From assembly GCA_951406725.2 (NCBI GenBank), contig OX597819.1:70990001-71054000 (forward strand): 64,000 bases of DNA. Reading direction: 5' to 3'. Below, one piece after another: positions 40,636 through 52,858 of the stretch (its first letter is position 1; the number at the start of each line of letters is the position of its first letter). The notes below the pieces were generated by a model, which saw only the letters and a list, made by a program, of their open reading frames with translations, made no database searches and was not told where the DNA came from. Source of the DNA: Octopus vulgaris. Lineage: Eukaryota. Both the position numbers and the translations under genes were made by a program.

Positions 40636-41362
40636 ATGCTGCCCCTATTTCTCTCTCTCTCTCTCTCTGCGTCCCCACTACCCCTTTCATTTTTAGGGTT
40701 CATCATTATTTCATTAAAAGGCCTGTCAAGTTGTTTACTCTTGTATTCATTTCTGTGATCATGTGACTTTCTTATTCATTTTTTTTTTCTTTCATATTCC
40801 CTCTATTGTAACAGATATTTTGTAACGAGATATCACAACAAATAAATAACTTGGAAAAAAAAAAAACCAAAAACTAACGAAGACTTGACTTGTATTTCCT
40901 GCACTTTTCTTTTATTTCTTTTGCTTGTTTTGTTATTTCACTGCGGCAATGCTGGAGCACCACCTTTAATCAAACAAATCGACCCCAGGACTTGTTCTTT
41001 ATAATCCTAGTGTTTATTCTATCGGACTCTTTTGCTGAACTGCTAAGCTACGGGAACATAATCACACCAGCATCAGTTGTCAAGTGATCGTAGGAGGACA
41101 AACACAAATATGCATATATATTTGTGGTTGGCGTTAGGAAGGGCATCCAGCTGTAGAAACACTGCCAGATCTGACTGGACTGGTGCAGCTTTCGGGCTCC
41201 CCAGACCCCAGTTGAACCGTCCAACCCATGCTAGCATGGAAAGCGGACGTTAAATGATGATGATGATGATGATATATATACACACACAACGGGCTTCTTT
41301 CAGTTTCTGTCTGCCAAATCCACTCACAAGGCTTTGGTTGGCTTGAGGCCAAATATTAAGAT

Positions 41363-41426
<64 letters not shown>

Positions 41427-41640
41427 TCACATTCATGTTTAAAGTTCTGTTTTCTTTTTTTTTCCTGGTATATAAGTGAGATGCTTTGCTCCATGAAGAA
41501 ACTGCAGGAGCTACTCGGATGCTTTTCTAAATCTATTGCAATGCTAGAAATCTATTCATGTCATCAGCCGGTATCTCATGTTCACAAGCATTTCACCCCT
41601 TAGCCTAGACACTTCGTTGAGTGGGACAGCAAGGACTGAC

Positions 41641-41868
41641 CTAGTCTTCACCTATGTTGTCTCTTATCAACCTTAACCACCTTGAGACAGTTTCACCTTC
41701 TGTGCTTATTTTCTTGATGGCTTTCTTCTGTTGTCTGGGCTCCAGACCTAGCTCCTGCAGAAAATAGTGCACTGATTGAGGCGAAAAGCTGCAGCCGCTA
41801 ACTTCAGTAGGGAATGAGTCTGCATACCAACCCTTAACAAAGACCTCACTGACTAAGTTCTGATATTT
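41641..41868 (-). mobile_element. 3' fragment of a restriction-like-endonuclease LINE (HERO/NeSL-like)
   Basis: Manual translation KYQNLVSEVFVKGWYADSFPTEVSGCSFSPQSVHYFLQELGLEPRQQKKAIKKISTEGETVSRWLRLIRDNIGED* fits the KY..L.....GW.....P.EVG.RGF...S....L..LG pattern. Confidence 0.7.
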
Positions 41869-42358
41869 TTATTACTCTACGTGACTGAAAATTTTAACTT
41901 TACATACAGCTATATGTGCATAGTCTCATCCTCATTTTCATCATTTAACATCTGCTTTCCATGCTGGCATGGGTTGGACGGTTTGACTGAAAACTGGCAA
42001 GCCAGAGGGCTGCACCAGGTTCCAGTCTGATTTGGTATGGTTTTCTACAGCTGGATGCCCTTCCTAATGCCAACCACTTTGAAAGTGTAATGGGTACTTT
42101 TTATGTGCCACCGACATGGGTGTCATTTATATGACACCAGAAATGGCCACAACTATGATTTCACTTGGCTTGACAAGTCTTCTCAAGCGCAGCATAACGC
42201 CAAACGTCTTGGTCACTTGTCATCGCCTTCATGAGGCCTGACATTCGCAGATCATGCAACCAGCAAGGCTGACATTTAGAATTTCACAAGTCCATTCACA
42301 TGACACTGGCAATGGCTATGACTACCATTTCACTTGTCTTGATTACTCTTCTCAAGCC

Positions 42359-42391
<33 letters not shown>

Positions 42392-43313
42392 TTAAATAAC
42401 TGTTGATGGATATGGATGTATAAATGCGCTCGTGTAAGTTGTATGGCACATGTACACTTGCTCATACAATCATCCATATGTAGGCATGTGCAGACGTGGT
42501 TTGGTGTGCATACATTCACATAGCAAGTTAAATAGCTACTTGGTGTTTATAAGAATGGGGCGATTAAAGCTAAACAATTCATTCATACCTTAAATTTTGT
42601 TAACAGTTACTCAAATACATTCCCACAGCATTGCATGAAAGTACATACATACATATATATATATATATACTCTTTTACTTGTTTCAGTCATTTGACAGTG
42701 GTCATGCTGGAGCACCACCTTTAGTCGAACAAATCGACCCCAGGACTTATTCTTTGTAAGCCTAGTACTTATTCTATCGGTTCTCTTGCTGAACTGCTAA
42801 GTGATGGGGACATAAACACACCAGCATCGGTTGTCAAGTGGGGAACAAACACAGACACACAAACATATATATATATATATCTATATATATATATATATAC
42901 GACGGGCTTCTTTCAGTATCCATCTACCAAATCCACTCTCAAGGCTTTGGTCAGCCTGAGGCTATAGTAGAAGACACTTGCCCAAGGTGCCACGCAGTGG
43001 GACAACCCAGAACCACGTAGTTGGTAAGCAAGCTACTTAACACACAGCCACTCCTGTGCCTGTATATATATATATATATATTAAATTATTAATTGAATAT
43101 ATAAATTGCTCATTTCCATGCTGACTACCTGATAGTAATCATTAACATGATTTTTATCCTTATTTCATATATATATATATATATGTATGTGTGTATATCA
43201 TTAATCAAATATATTCAATAAGCATACAAAATACTGAATTTCTAATAAGTACTCTTGGTTGGGAAATGTCTAAAACATTAAAGGTATTTTAACATTTGAT
43301 AAGAGTGATTATA

Positions 43314-43547
43314 CATTATTTACATTTGACGGATATTTGTCTTCATCTTGTTTGTTGTTAATACGTTTCGGCTGATATACCCTCCAGCCTTCATCAGGAG
43401 TCTTGGGGAAATTTCGTACCTGGGTTCTCATTCCTAAGTTATTTTTCGATATTATTATTCAGGTCACTGCTTGGAATCAAACTCAGAATCTTGGGGTTCG
43501 TAGCCCGCGCTCTTAACCAGTATGCCATATGCCCGTGGGCAATTATG
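43314..43547 (-). mobile_element. tRNA-headed SINE with a hammerhead-ribozyme core in its 3' part
   Basis: Minus strand: A-box-like TGGCATACTGGTTAAG and B-box-like GAGTTTGATTCC head; CTGATGA(43397-43391)-aggctg-gagggtatat-cagcc-GAAAC(43369-43365)-GTA; flanking direct repeat gagtgattata at 43303 and 43548. Confidence 0.65.
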
Positions 43548-46500
43548 GAGTGATTATATATTATATATTGTGGTGAGGGAAAAACACAAAGCTACACACA
43601 CAATACATACTTACATATATAGAAGAGCAATTATAATATAAAATAAGAGCAGGAAAAATTACATCAAAAAATCATCACAGAAGATATACGTCCAAAATAA
43701 TATTGTATTAATGGATAGATGTATAAATATATAAAGTATGATTATTTAAAAAAGTTTATCTATTAATACAATATTATGTTGGACTGTTTGTATGATCAAT
43801 GACATTTTTGTTAGGTCTGCATGCTCAGGTCAAGAGGCTTGTGAAGTGCTCTACAAATAAATGAGACCTTTTGTTTAGAATGACGTTTTGCTTTCAATCA
43901 GTGGGTAGAGATGTGAAGACAAAGATAACAGGCATTTGGTAACACACGATATTACTATACATATATATTTCTTTATTGCCAACAGGGGGCTAAACATAGA
44001 GGGGACAGTGAGGACAGACAAAGGGATTAAGTCAATTACATTGACCTCAGTGTGTAACTTGTACTTATTTAATCAACCTTGAAAGGATGAAAGGCAAAGT
44101 CGACCTTGGCAGAATTTGAACCCAGAACGTAATGGCAGATGAAATACCGCTAAGCATTTCGCCTGGCGTGCTAACGTTTCTGCCAGCTCGCCATCTTATT
44201 GCTATACATTATACCACCATCATCATATTACATATATTGTTTGTTATTTGACTGTGGTCATGCTGGAGCACTGCTTCGATGAATTTTAGCTCAATGAATT
44301 GACCACAGTTCCTCTTTTTTTTTTTTTTCCTTAAAGCCAGGTACTTATTCAGTTGGCCCATGCTGGGGCATCATGATGAAGAATTTTTTAGTCGAAGGAA
44401 CCAACCCCAGTACTTTATTTTTTGAATCCTGGTACTTACTGTATCAGTCTTTTTTGCTGAACCCTCAAAGTTAAGGGGACATAAACACACCAACACAGGT
44501 TGTCAAGTTGTGAGGGACAAACACAATACATACATCATCATCATAGTTTAATGTCTGCCTTCCATGCTGGCACTGGTGGAACTACATCATCATTATTGTT
44601 TAACGTCCGCTTTTCATTCTAGCATGGGTTGGACGATTTGACTGAGGGCTGGCGAACCAGATGGTTGCACCAGGCTCCAATCTGATCTGGCAGAGTTTCT
44701 ACAGCTGGATGCCCTTCCTAATGCCAACCACTCTGAGAGTGTAGCGGGTGCTTTTACGTGCCAGTCAGGCGGTACTGTCAACGGCCACGCTTAAATGGTG
44801 TTTTTTACGTGCCATCTGCACTGGCAATGACCTCGCTCAAATGTTTTTTCATGTACCACCGGCACAAGTGCCAGTATGGCAACACTGCGATTGGTGCTTT
44901 TTATGTGCCACCAGCATGGAAGCCAGTCAGCTGCTCTGGCAACGATCATACTTGGATGGTGCTCCGCTGGCACGGGTGCCAGTCACTGAATTTAATTCAA
45001 TTTCGATTTCACTTGCCTAGTGTCCAACGAAGGAAAGGTACGCATGAGTGGGCTGGCATAGGCCACGGGTTATGGTCTCACTTACATGGATATATAATTA
45101 AAAAAATTGGAGTCAACAAGAAGGAATATCGTTGAATTTATTTTTTAATCGCTACAATTATTTCTAAGTGATGTAGTTCTCCAGGTGTACAGGTATCCTT
45201 TTAAAATGGCAGCTACTTTAACAGTTGCAGAGTCACCATTCCACTACGTCTACACATTCAAAACAGGTTGACAACAGCCCTTCAGTAACCACACAATACT
45301 GATAAGCTCAGTGACTACTACTAAATTCAGGCCATGCAGGACCAGATTTAAACCATGAGGGGCCTGGGGTACTTCAATTTTAGCAGGCCCAAGAGTTTTA
45401 AAATCTTGGAAAATTACCAAATTTAAATCTCAAAACCCATCTATTTTTTCCATTGAATTGGTGTCTCTAAGGTAGCAAAAACTTGTTATTTATCATAAAA
45501 GAGACTCCATTACATTTTTTAAGAAGCCAAGATACCTTTGTATATATTAAAGGAGAGCCTTATTGCTAGGTGGAGCTAGAGTCAAAACTATTGAAAAGGT
45601 TGCAAGACGCAACAAAAATTTTAGAAAAATAAAGAAGGAAATGAGTGGAAAGTTTACTGGTGAGTGTGTTAAATGATAAGGCACTAAAAGAGAATGACTC
45701 TTCCCCAGACACAACAGTATATATATATATTCTTTTATTTGTGTCAGTCATTTGGCTGTGGCCATGCTGGAGCATTGCCTTAAGTCGGGCAAATCGACCC
45801 CAGATTCTATCGGTCTCTCTTGCTGAACCGCTAAGTGATGGGGACGTAAACACACCAGCATCAGTTGTCAAGCGAAGTTGGGGGGACAAACACAAACATA
45901 TATATATATACACGACAGGCTTCTTTCAGTTTCCATCTACCAAATCCACTCACAAGGCTTTGGTTGCCCCGGGGCTATGGTAGAAAACACTTACACAAGG
46001 TGCCTTGCAGTGTGACTGAACCCAGAACCATGTGGTTGGTAAGCAAGATATATATATATATATTATATAACTGGCTTCTTTCAGTTTGGATGTATAGTGG
46101 AAAATACTAAGCACAAGGTGCCACAGAGTGGGACTGAACCTTGTACCATATACAGAACAATAATAGACTCTCCAGATAGAGAGAGGTTTATTTCAAGAAC
46201 TCCCATGCAATATGGTTTCCGTTGCAGAGGAAACTGTCTGGCAAATCCAAATTCTGATGTATCTACAATCTAGATGAAAGATGTCTAGGTATAGCCTTAA
46301 TTTTGGTAAAGGCTTTGAAAAGTTTAACCATGTCACTGCTGTGGCTTTGTGGTAAGAAATCTGCTTCCCAACCACATGGTCTTCAGTTCAGTTCCACTGC
46401 ATGGCACCTTGTGCAAGTGTCTTCTACTATAGCCTCAGGCTGACCAAAGCCTTGTGAGTTAGTTTGGTAGATGGAAACTGTAGTAGGCCCATCATATATA

Positions 46501-47358
46501 TTTATATAATCATCATTGTTTCACATCCACTTTCCATGCTGGTATGGCTTCGCTGCCTTAAGAAACAAGCCTATTACTGTTACTCTCCTGAATATTTTTG
46601 ATTCTGTCCATTAGTTTTCCTGTAATTGTAACTCTTGAGCTGCAGATGCAGCTATTTATTCTGCTCGGGAATCCAAGTAAAGTTAAATACAGGGGCCCAA
46701 GTTTGAGAGGGTTAAGTGATACATTGTGCAGAGAGAAATATTTCTCAAAAACAATCCATGAATAGGGTCCATCAATTTTCAACCCCACTCCTTACATACA
46801 CCATATTACATTGTTTATCAATAGCCTACAAATACAATTATCCAATTGACGTTTCTATTCTTAGATTCACCCCCAGTTCAACTCCTTCTTGAAAACACTC
46901 CTGGTTCTAGGATGTAAGCTTTCCATTTTAAAATTATCAAAATTTAAAGTTAATTTAGGTTCCAAGCATCAACTATATCCCTGTCCCTCTAATCTCTCAA
47001 CTGGCATGAAGCCAGCCAACCTTTGTCTTGCATTACTTATTGACCCTGTCAGAGTTGGTGCCACATAAACATTACCCAGTCCACTCTGTAGTCTTTGGTG
47101 TTAGGAAGGGTATCCAGCTGCAGAGACCATGCTAAAACAGACGACTGGATCCTGGTGTGGCTCCCAGCCTCACCATCATCATTTAACATCTGTTTTTTAT
47201 GGTGCTCCTGTGAAACCATCCAGCCCATTCCAGCATGGAAAACAGATGTCATTTATGATGAATCCTGTTGAAAAACAGTCTTCATTTCACTTAATTTTTT
47301 AAATACCCAGAATTTATCCAGTTTGTCATTAGTAAGCTGGTGTTTGGTACATAAAATA

Positions 47359-48432
47359 TTAGGTTATTCAGAAAGTTCTCAGCATTTTTAAGCTAAATCT
47401 TTTAATGCTTCATTGAACACACCTGAAATGTAACAGTCAAAGCTTTGGCATTGCTTCAAGTGGTAGTGCATCTTGTCTTTGTTGCTACCTAAAAATAGAT
47501 TTATCTTTCATTCTGGTCACCCTTTATTCTTTTCTACTCTAGGCACACATTTTGGGGAGGGGGCCAGTTGATTAGATCGACCCCAGTACGCAACTGGTAC
47601 TTAATTTATTGACCCTGAAAGGATGAAAGGCAAAGTCAACCATGGTGGAATTTGAACTCAGAACATAAAGACAGATGAAATACTGCTAAGCATTTCACCC
47701 GGCATGCTGTTTCTGCCTTCTGGTTACCCTTTATTGACATTTGAAATAGTCAACCAAAAATTTTATATTTGCATTGTAATGCACTTCTTTAAAAAAAAAA
47801 ATGCTACAAAGACTTCCGAAAACATTTGTGAAGTTTATGATGATGATGCTGTAGGTGAATCAACTGTTCAAAAGTGGTTTGAAAACTTTCAAGCTTGGAA
47901 GATGACAGTCACAGTGAAAGACCTTACAAATTGGATGAAGATGTTTTGAAGGTAAAAATTGAAGAAAACACAAATATCACGACTAGAGAACTCACAGAGA
48001 AGTTGGAAGTTTCTAAAAGTATGGTTCATAAAGTATATCCCATTTTGCATATCGAAATCGAATTGAACCAGCCAGGACCCCTGGACTGGTGGTACGTAGA
48101 AAGCACTATCTGACTCATGGCTGATGCCAGCGCCGCCTCTACTGGCTTCCGTGCCGGTGGCACGTAAAATACACCAAGCCGACCGTGGCCGTTGCCAGCC
48201 TCACCTGGCACCTGTGCAGGTGGCACGTAAAAAGCACCCACTACACTCACGGAGTGGTTGGCGTTAGGAAGGGCATCCAGCTGTAGAAACATTGCCAGAT
48301 AAGACTGGAGCCTGGTGCAGCCTTCTGGCTTCCTAGATCCCCGGTCAAACCGTCCAACCCATGCTAGCATGGAGAACGGACATTAAACGATGATGATGAT
48401 GAAGAATGCTCAAAACTTTCCAGACAACCTAA
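47359..48432 (+). mobile_element. Decayed mariner transposon with nested SINE and RTE-derived insertions
   Basis: 28-bp TIRs ttaggttattcagaaagttctcagcatt / aatgctcaaaactttccagacaacctaa with TA flanks; frameshifted N-terminal HTH (NATKTSENICEVYDDDAVGESTVQKWF...ERPYKLDEDVLK...ITTRELTEKLEVSKSMVH) at about 47780-48030. Confidence 0.88.
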
Positions 48433-48680
48433 TAAAAAAATTTTGATAGAAGTTTATATTTTGATAATTTTAAATCAAGAAGTTTGAGTCTTAAAATCAA
48501 CAGTGACCTCAAGTAGCTTTCGCATGAAAAGGATTAATAATTTACTATTTTCATTTTTTTTTTCAATATTTTCAATTGAAATAAAGATGGCAACAAAAGG
48601 GTTAAAACAGTTGAAACAAAACATTTTTTATATTCAAAAACATAGAAAAAAAGAAAGAAAACTTTAATTTAAAATTTAAG

Positions 48681-48686
48681 TTTATT
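48681..48686 (-). terminator. Poly(A) signal AATAAA for ATP5MF (second candidate at 48778-48783)
   Basis: AATAAA about 110 nt after the stop codon, followed by T-rich downstream sequence on the minus strand. Confidence 0.6.
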
Positions 48687-48796
48687 AAATCTAAAGGAAC
48701 TTCTGATAATTTTCCCACAGTCTGGCAGAACTTCAGAATCTATGACTGCATATCAACTTGGTACTTTCAAAGATGACTTTATTCCACTCCTAAGAA

Positions 48797-48825
48797 TTAA
48801 TGGTATTTAGCATGGCGATGGTTAG
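48797..48825 (-). CDS. ATP5MF: ATP synthase subunit f, coding exon 4 (TNHRHAKYH*)
   Basis: tttcttttcag acceptor; conserved C-terminal HRxxKYH then TAA. The four exons total 327 nt = 108 aa plus stop. Confidence 0.95.
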
Positions 48826-50591
48826 CTGAAAAGAAAGAAAAAAAAAGGGAGACCAAAAGTAAGTTTCCTGAAACATCATTAAAAAGTGAAGGAATGTGAC
48901 TCAATGGATAGGGTGGTGCATTCATGATTGTAAGATCATGGTTTCAATTCCTGGCCGAGGTAGTGTGTTGTGTTCTTGAGCAAAATATTTCATTTCACAG
49001 TGCCCCAGTCCACAAGGCTCTCTCATAGACTGCCATCCTATTCTGGGAAAATACTGTGATCTTACTTATACACTATCACTAGTGCTTTCTACATGGCATC
49101 ACAATCGCACTTTCTGTGAGGTGCCATGGATGGTACATTTTACATGGGAGTATCACTATCACCAGTGCCTTTTATGTGGCACCAGCACCAACACGGTCAC
49201 CCGCAACAGGAAGAACAGTAATAGAATAGCATCAGGTGTGGCAAGTTTCAGTCCCACTGCGTGGCATCTTGGGCAAGTGTCTTCCACTATAGCCTTCAGC
49301 TGACCAAAGCCTTGTGAGGGGATATCATCATCATCGTTTAACGTCTGCTTTCCATGCTGGCATGGGTTGGACGGTTTGATTGAGGACTGCACCAGGCTCC
49401 AGTCTGATCTGGCAGTGTTTCTACAGCTGGATGCCCTTCCTAACAACAACCACTCCAAGAGTGTAGTGGGTGCTTTTTACATGCCACCAGGATCTGTTAG
49501 CTGGAAACTAAAAGAAGCCCGTCATACATATATATAAATTTATGGATGAAAAAAAGAAAATGGAGAAACTGACATACAGACATTAATTCATTTAAGGATA
49601 TTCAGTTCTGTACAATATCAAATTCATTGCAACTACAGCTGTTTCCATACTCATATCCATCAAAGTGAAACTAACTTCTTTTGGTTTTTCACTGAAACAC
49701 TGGATAAAACTAGCAAAATTGGATGCTGACATCCCTTTAAGAAGATTTTATATCCTTGATTTAATTGAATTATATATAATAAATATATATTTGTATGTAC
49801 TTTCGTGCAATGCTGTGGGAATGTATTTGAGTAACTGTTAACAAAATTTAAGGTATGAATGAATTAAGTTTAGCTTTAACCTCCCCATTCTTATAAACAC
49901 CAAGTAGCTATTTAACTTGCTATGTGAATGTATGCACACCAAACCATATGTCTGCATATGCCTACATATGGATGATTGTATGAGCAAGTGTACATATGCC
50001 ATACAACTTACGCGAGGGCGTTTATACATCCATATCCATTAACAATTATTTTGAATACTTTTTTTTCGCTGTATTGCGTGTTCATTTCTTTTTTGCAGCT
50101 ATTATTTTATTATTGATCTTCTACAAAAATGAAGATATATCCTTTAATTTGTGACTTTCCTTAACATGAAATGAAAAGAAACATTGCAGAACTGTTATTT
50201 TAACAAGTTATATCTATTCATGACCTGAAGAGAAACATCTGCACCTTCAGAAGTTCCTGAACCAGTATCCCACTCGTCAGAGACCGATGCAAGATGTGTT
50301 GAAACAATTGTAGTGATTATTAAAAATTCTCGTATCTTCCAGTTACCATATATATATATATGTGTGTGTTTGCTTGTCCCCTACCCCATCATCACTCGAC
50401 AACCGGTGTTGGTGTATTTATGTCCCTGTAACTTAGCAGTTCAGCAAAAGAGACCAGTAGACTAAGTATTAGGCTTAAAAAAAGAAAGCAAGTCTTGGGG
50501 TTGGTTTGTTTGACAGAAAAACCCTTCAAAGTGGTGCTCCAGCATGGCCCCAGTCAAATGGGTAAAAGAATAAAAGAATATATATACTCAC

Positions 50592-50708
50592 TGTGGGCTC
50601 TGTATTGTAGGAAGTAGTAACTCAGGGAAATCAAAACACAAAACTGAGCCACTCCCGCAGAACCACCTTTCTTTGTCAGGAAATAGTTCTGCAACCACCT
50701 CCAATGGC
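50592..50708 (-). CDS. ATP5MF: ATP synthase subunit f, coding exon 3 (GHWRWLQNYFLTKKGGSAGVAQFCVLISLSYYFLQYRAH)
   Basis: ttttgcag acceptor, GTGAGT donor, 117 nt, phase 1-1. Contains the WRW motif, KKGG and a single transmembrane segment. Confidence 0.95.
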
Positions 50709-50790
50709 CTGCAAAATAAATTAGAAATAACAAAAATTATACAAATTAATAAGTTATAAGAAAGAGCATGTGACAGCAGGTGTGGCTTAA

Positions 50791-51010
50791 CCCTTTTGTT
50801 ACCAACCTGGCTGAAACCAGCTCTGGCTCTGAGTACAAATGTCTTGTTTTCAAAAATTCTGAAATAAAATCTTCCACCAAACCTTAGTCACAATTTATGT
50901 TCTTAACACTAGCTTCATGATAACTAAGTTATTTTACTAAATTCTTTGTTATATTGAAAGTAATTCAAAGAAACACAGAGCATCTCAAAATAAATATAGT
51001 AACAAAAGGG
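50791..51010. mobile_element. piggyBac-type MITE in ATP5MF intron 2
   Basis: Perfect 12-bp TIR CCCTTTTGTTAC / GTAACAAAAGGG with TTAA on both sides; related copies at about 1780-1947, 6297-6710, 10890-11115 and 24926-25050. Confidence 0.85.
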
Positions 51011-52762
51011 TTAAACTTTTTGATACCAGCCCAACTGAGGCTGTCCCTGTGTCATCACTCAATGCTAGTTTTCCATGCTGGCATGGGGTGGACAGTTCAA
51101 CAGGAACTAGTATGGTTGGGGAGCTACACCAGGCTCCACTTGTCTGCTTTGGAAAGATTTCTACGGCTGGATACCCTTCATAATGCAAACCATTTCAGAA
51201 TGTACTTCTTATGTAAAAGTTTCCTGTTAGAAGCGATCCAAATTAAAACCTGCCAACAAAATTCAATGTTAATTTACATTTCAAACACCAGCTAAATAAT
51301 GACAAAATTATTTTACTTAATGCAAACTAGAAGAAGCCCATGGTGTGTGTGGGTGTGTGCACATGTATATATGTATGTATGCATGTATCTGTGTGTGTGC
51401 AAACCCATCATCATCGTTTAACATCCACTTTCCATGCTGGCATAGGTTGGACGGTTTGACTGAGAGCTGGCAAGCCAGAAGGCTGCACTAGACTCCAATC
51501 TAATCTGGCAGTGTTTCTACAGCTGGATGCCCTTCCTAATGCCAACCACTCCGAGAGTGTAGTGGGTGCTTTTTACATGCCACCAGCACAAGGTCAGTCA
51601 GGTGGTACTGGCATCGACCATGCTCGAATGGTGCCTTTTACATGCCACCAGCACAGGACCAGAGAGCTGGCACTGGCGTCGACAACCCATTGATATTCAA
51701 ATGTGAATTTCAACACAAATCTCATTGGTACATTTGTGAAAACACTTGATTTCACTTTGTAAATAGTCGAGTTACAGTATGTGATATTGTTTGATGTGTT
51801 ATCTGACCTCTGCAAATTTTGGGAGATATTTTTCTACATTCTTCCTTTGGCGATTTTTTTCCCAACATTTAAAATGGATAACAGTGTCATGCTATTGAGC
51901 AGTGATTCTGAATTTGAGGGTTTTTCAATGGAAGATATGGAGAAATGTAAGCTTGTTCGAAGCAATCACTGCGAAAACAAACTGAGAAAAAAAGACAGCT
52001 TATGTGTATTTACCAGGGACGTGCCACCAATGTAGGCAGTGCCTACCTTGAATAAAATAGATCAATAGCAAAATTTATCTTTTATGGCAAAATATGCACC
52101 TAATTCAATAAAATTAGGAAGGTTTTTCTGATTACTCTGCAGAAAATGCAAATTATCTTATTTTTTTGTAAATTAGGTAGGCATAATTCGCCTGTGCCTT
52201 TCAATCTCAGTGTTTAAGCTACGCATAATAATGCTGTAGTACACATGTTGCATACATTCCTACAACACCGTTTACTTTGCGTGCTCTAAAAGCAGAAGTA
52301 AATCTGCCTTCAACTCAGTCACACACCTGTGTTTCACTTATTTTTTTGTGTGTTTTACTACATAAAGGTCACCAACTGCCTACCCTGAGTAATTACTGAC
52401 GGCACATGCCTGGTATTGAGACAAAGGTTATGCAATAGAATTAAGAACCTTTTCTTCAATTGTGTTGAAAAAAATCACATTAATAGGTCAATAAATAAAA
52501 TAGTTACACTTGTTTAATGAAACCAGTCTAAATTTGTGATTATTTTAGAATTTAATTGAAACCTATATATGGTGTGTTTTACTTAGAAATATAGAAACGG
52601 AAAGGTTAAAGGAAGAAGACATTGAATTATTGAGTCTCAGATACATAATGCTTGAAATTAAAGATGGAATGTCTTTGATCCTACATCTGCCTGATCAGAA
52701 GAGATCTGGGGTTAATTAATTACACAAACAACCAACACACAATAACAAGAATACACACATAC

Positions 52763-52858
52763 CTCTATTTACTGCTCTAACCATTCCAGTTGGAGACATA
52801 TTCCTTCGGCCAACCCATGATGTAATCTCACCAATTTTCACTTCACTTAGGGGGTCAT
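52763..52858 (-). CDS. ATP5MF: ATP synthase subunit f, coding exon 2 (HDPLSEVKIGEITSWVGRRNMSPTGMVRAVNR)
   Basis: T-rich tract plus AG acceptor at 52860-52859, GTATGT donor at 52762, 96 nt, phase 1-1. VKIGEITSWVGRR fits the VKLGELxxWxxRR motif of subunit f. Confidence 0.95.

Noticed and set aside
43688-43785. 28-bp inverted repeat hairpin as a pre-miRNA
   Set aside because: Extremely AT-rich with a ~40-nt loop; more likely a MITE remnant, and not testable without small-RNA data.
43811-43850. Minus-strand acceptor followed by ALHKPLDLSMQT* (CtBP-type PLDLS) or, in phase 1, KHFTSLLT* as an alternative ATP5MF end
   Set aside because: Very short, with no supporting upstream phase 2 exon; the phase 1 version loses the conserved KYH terminus. 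Probably chance.
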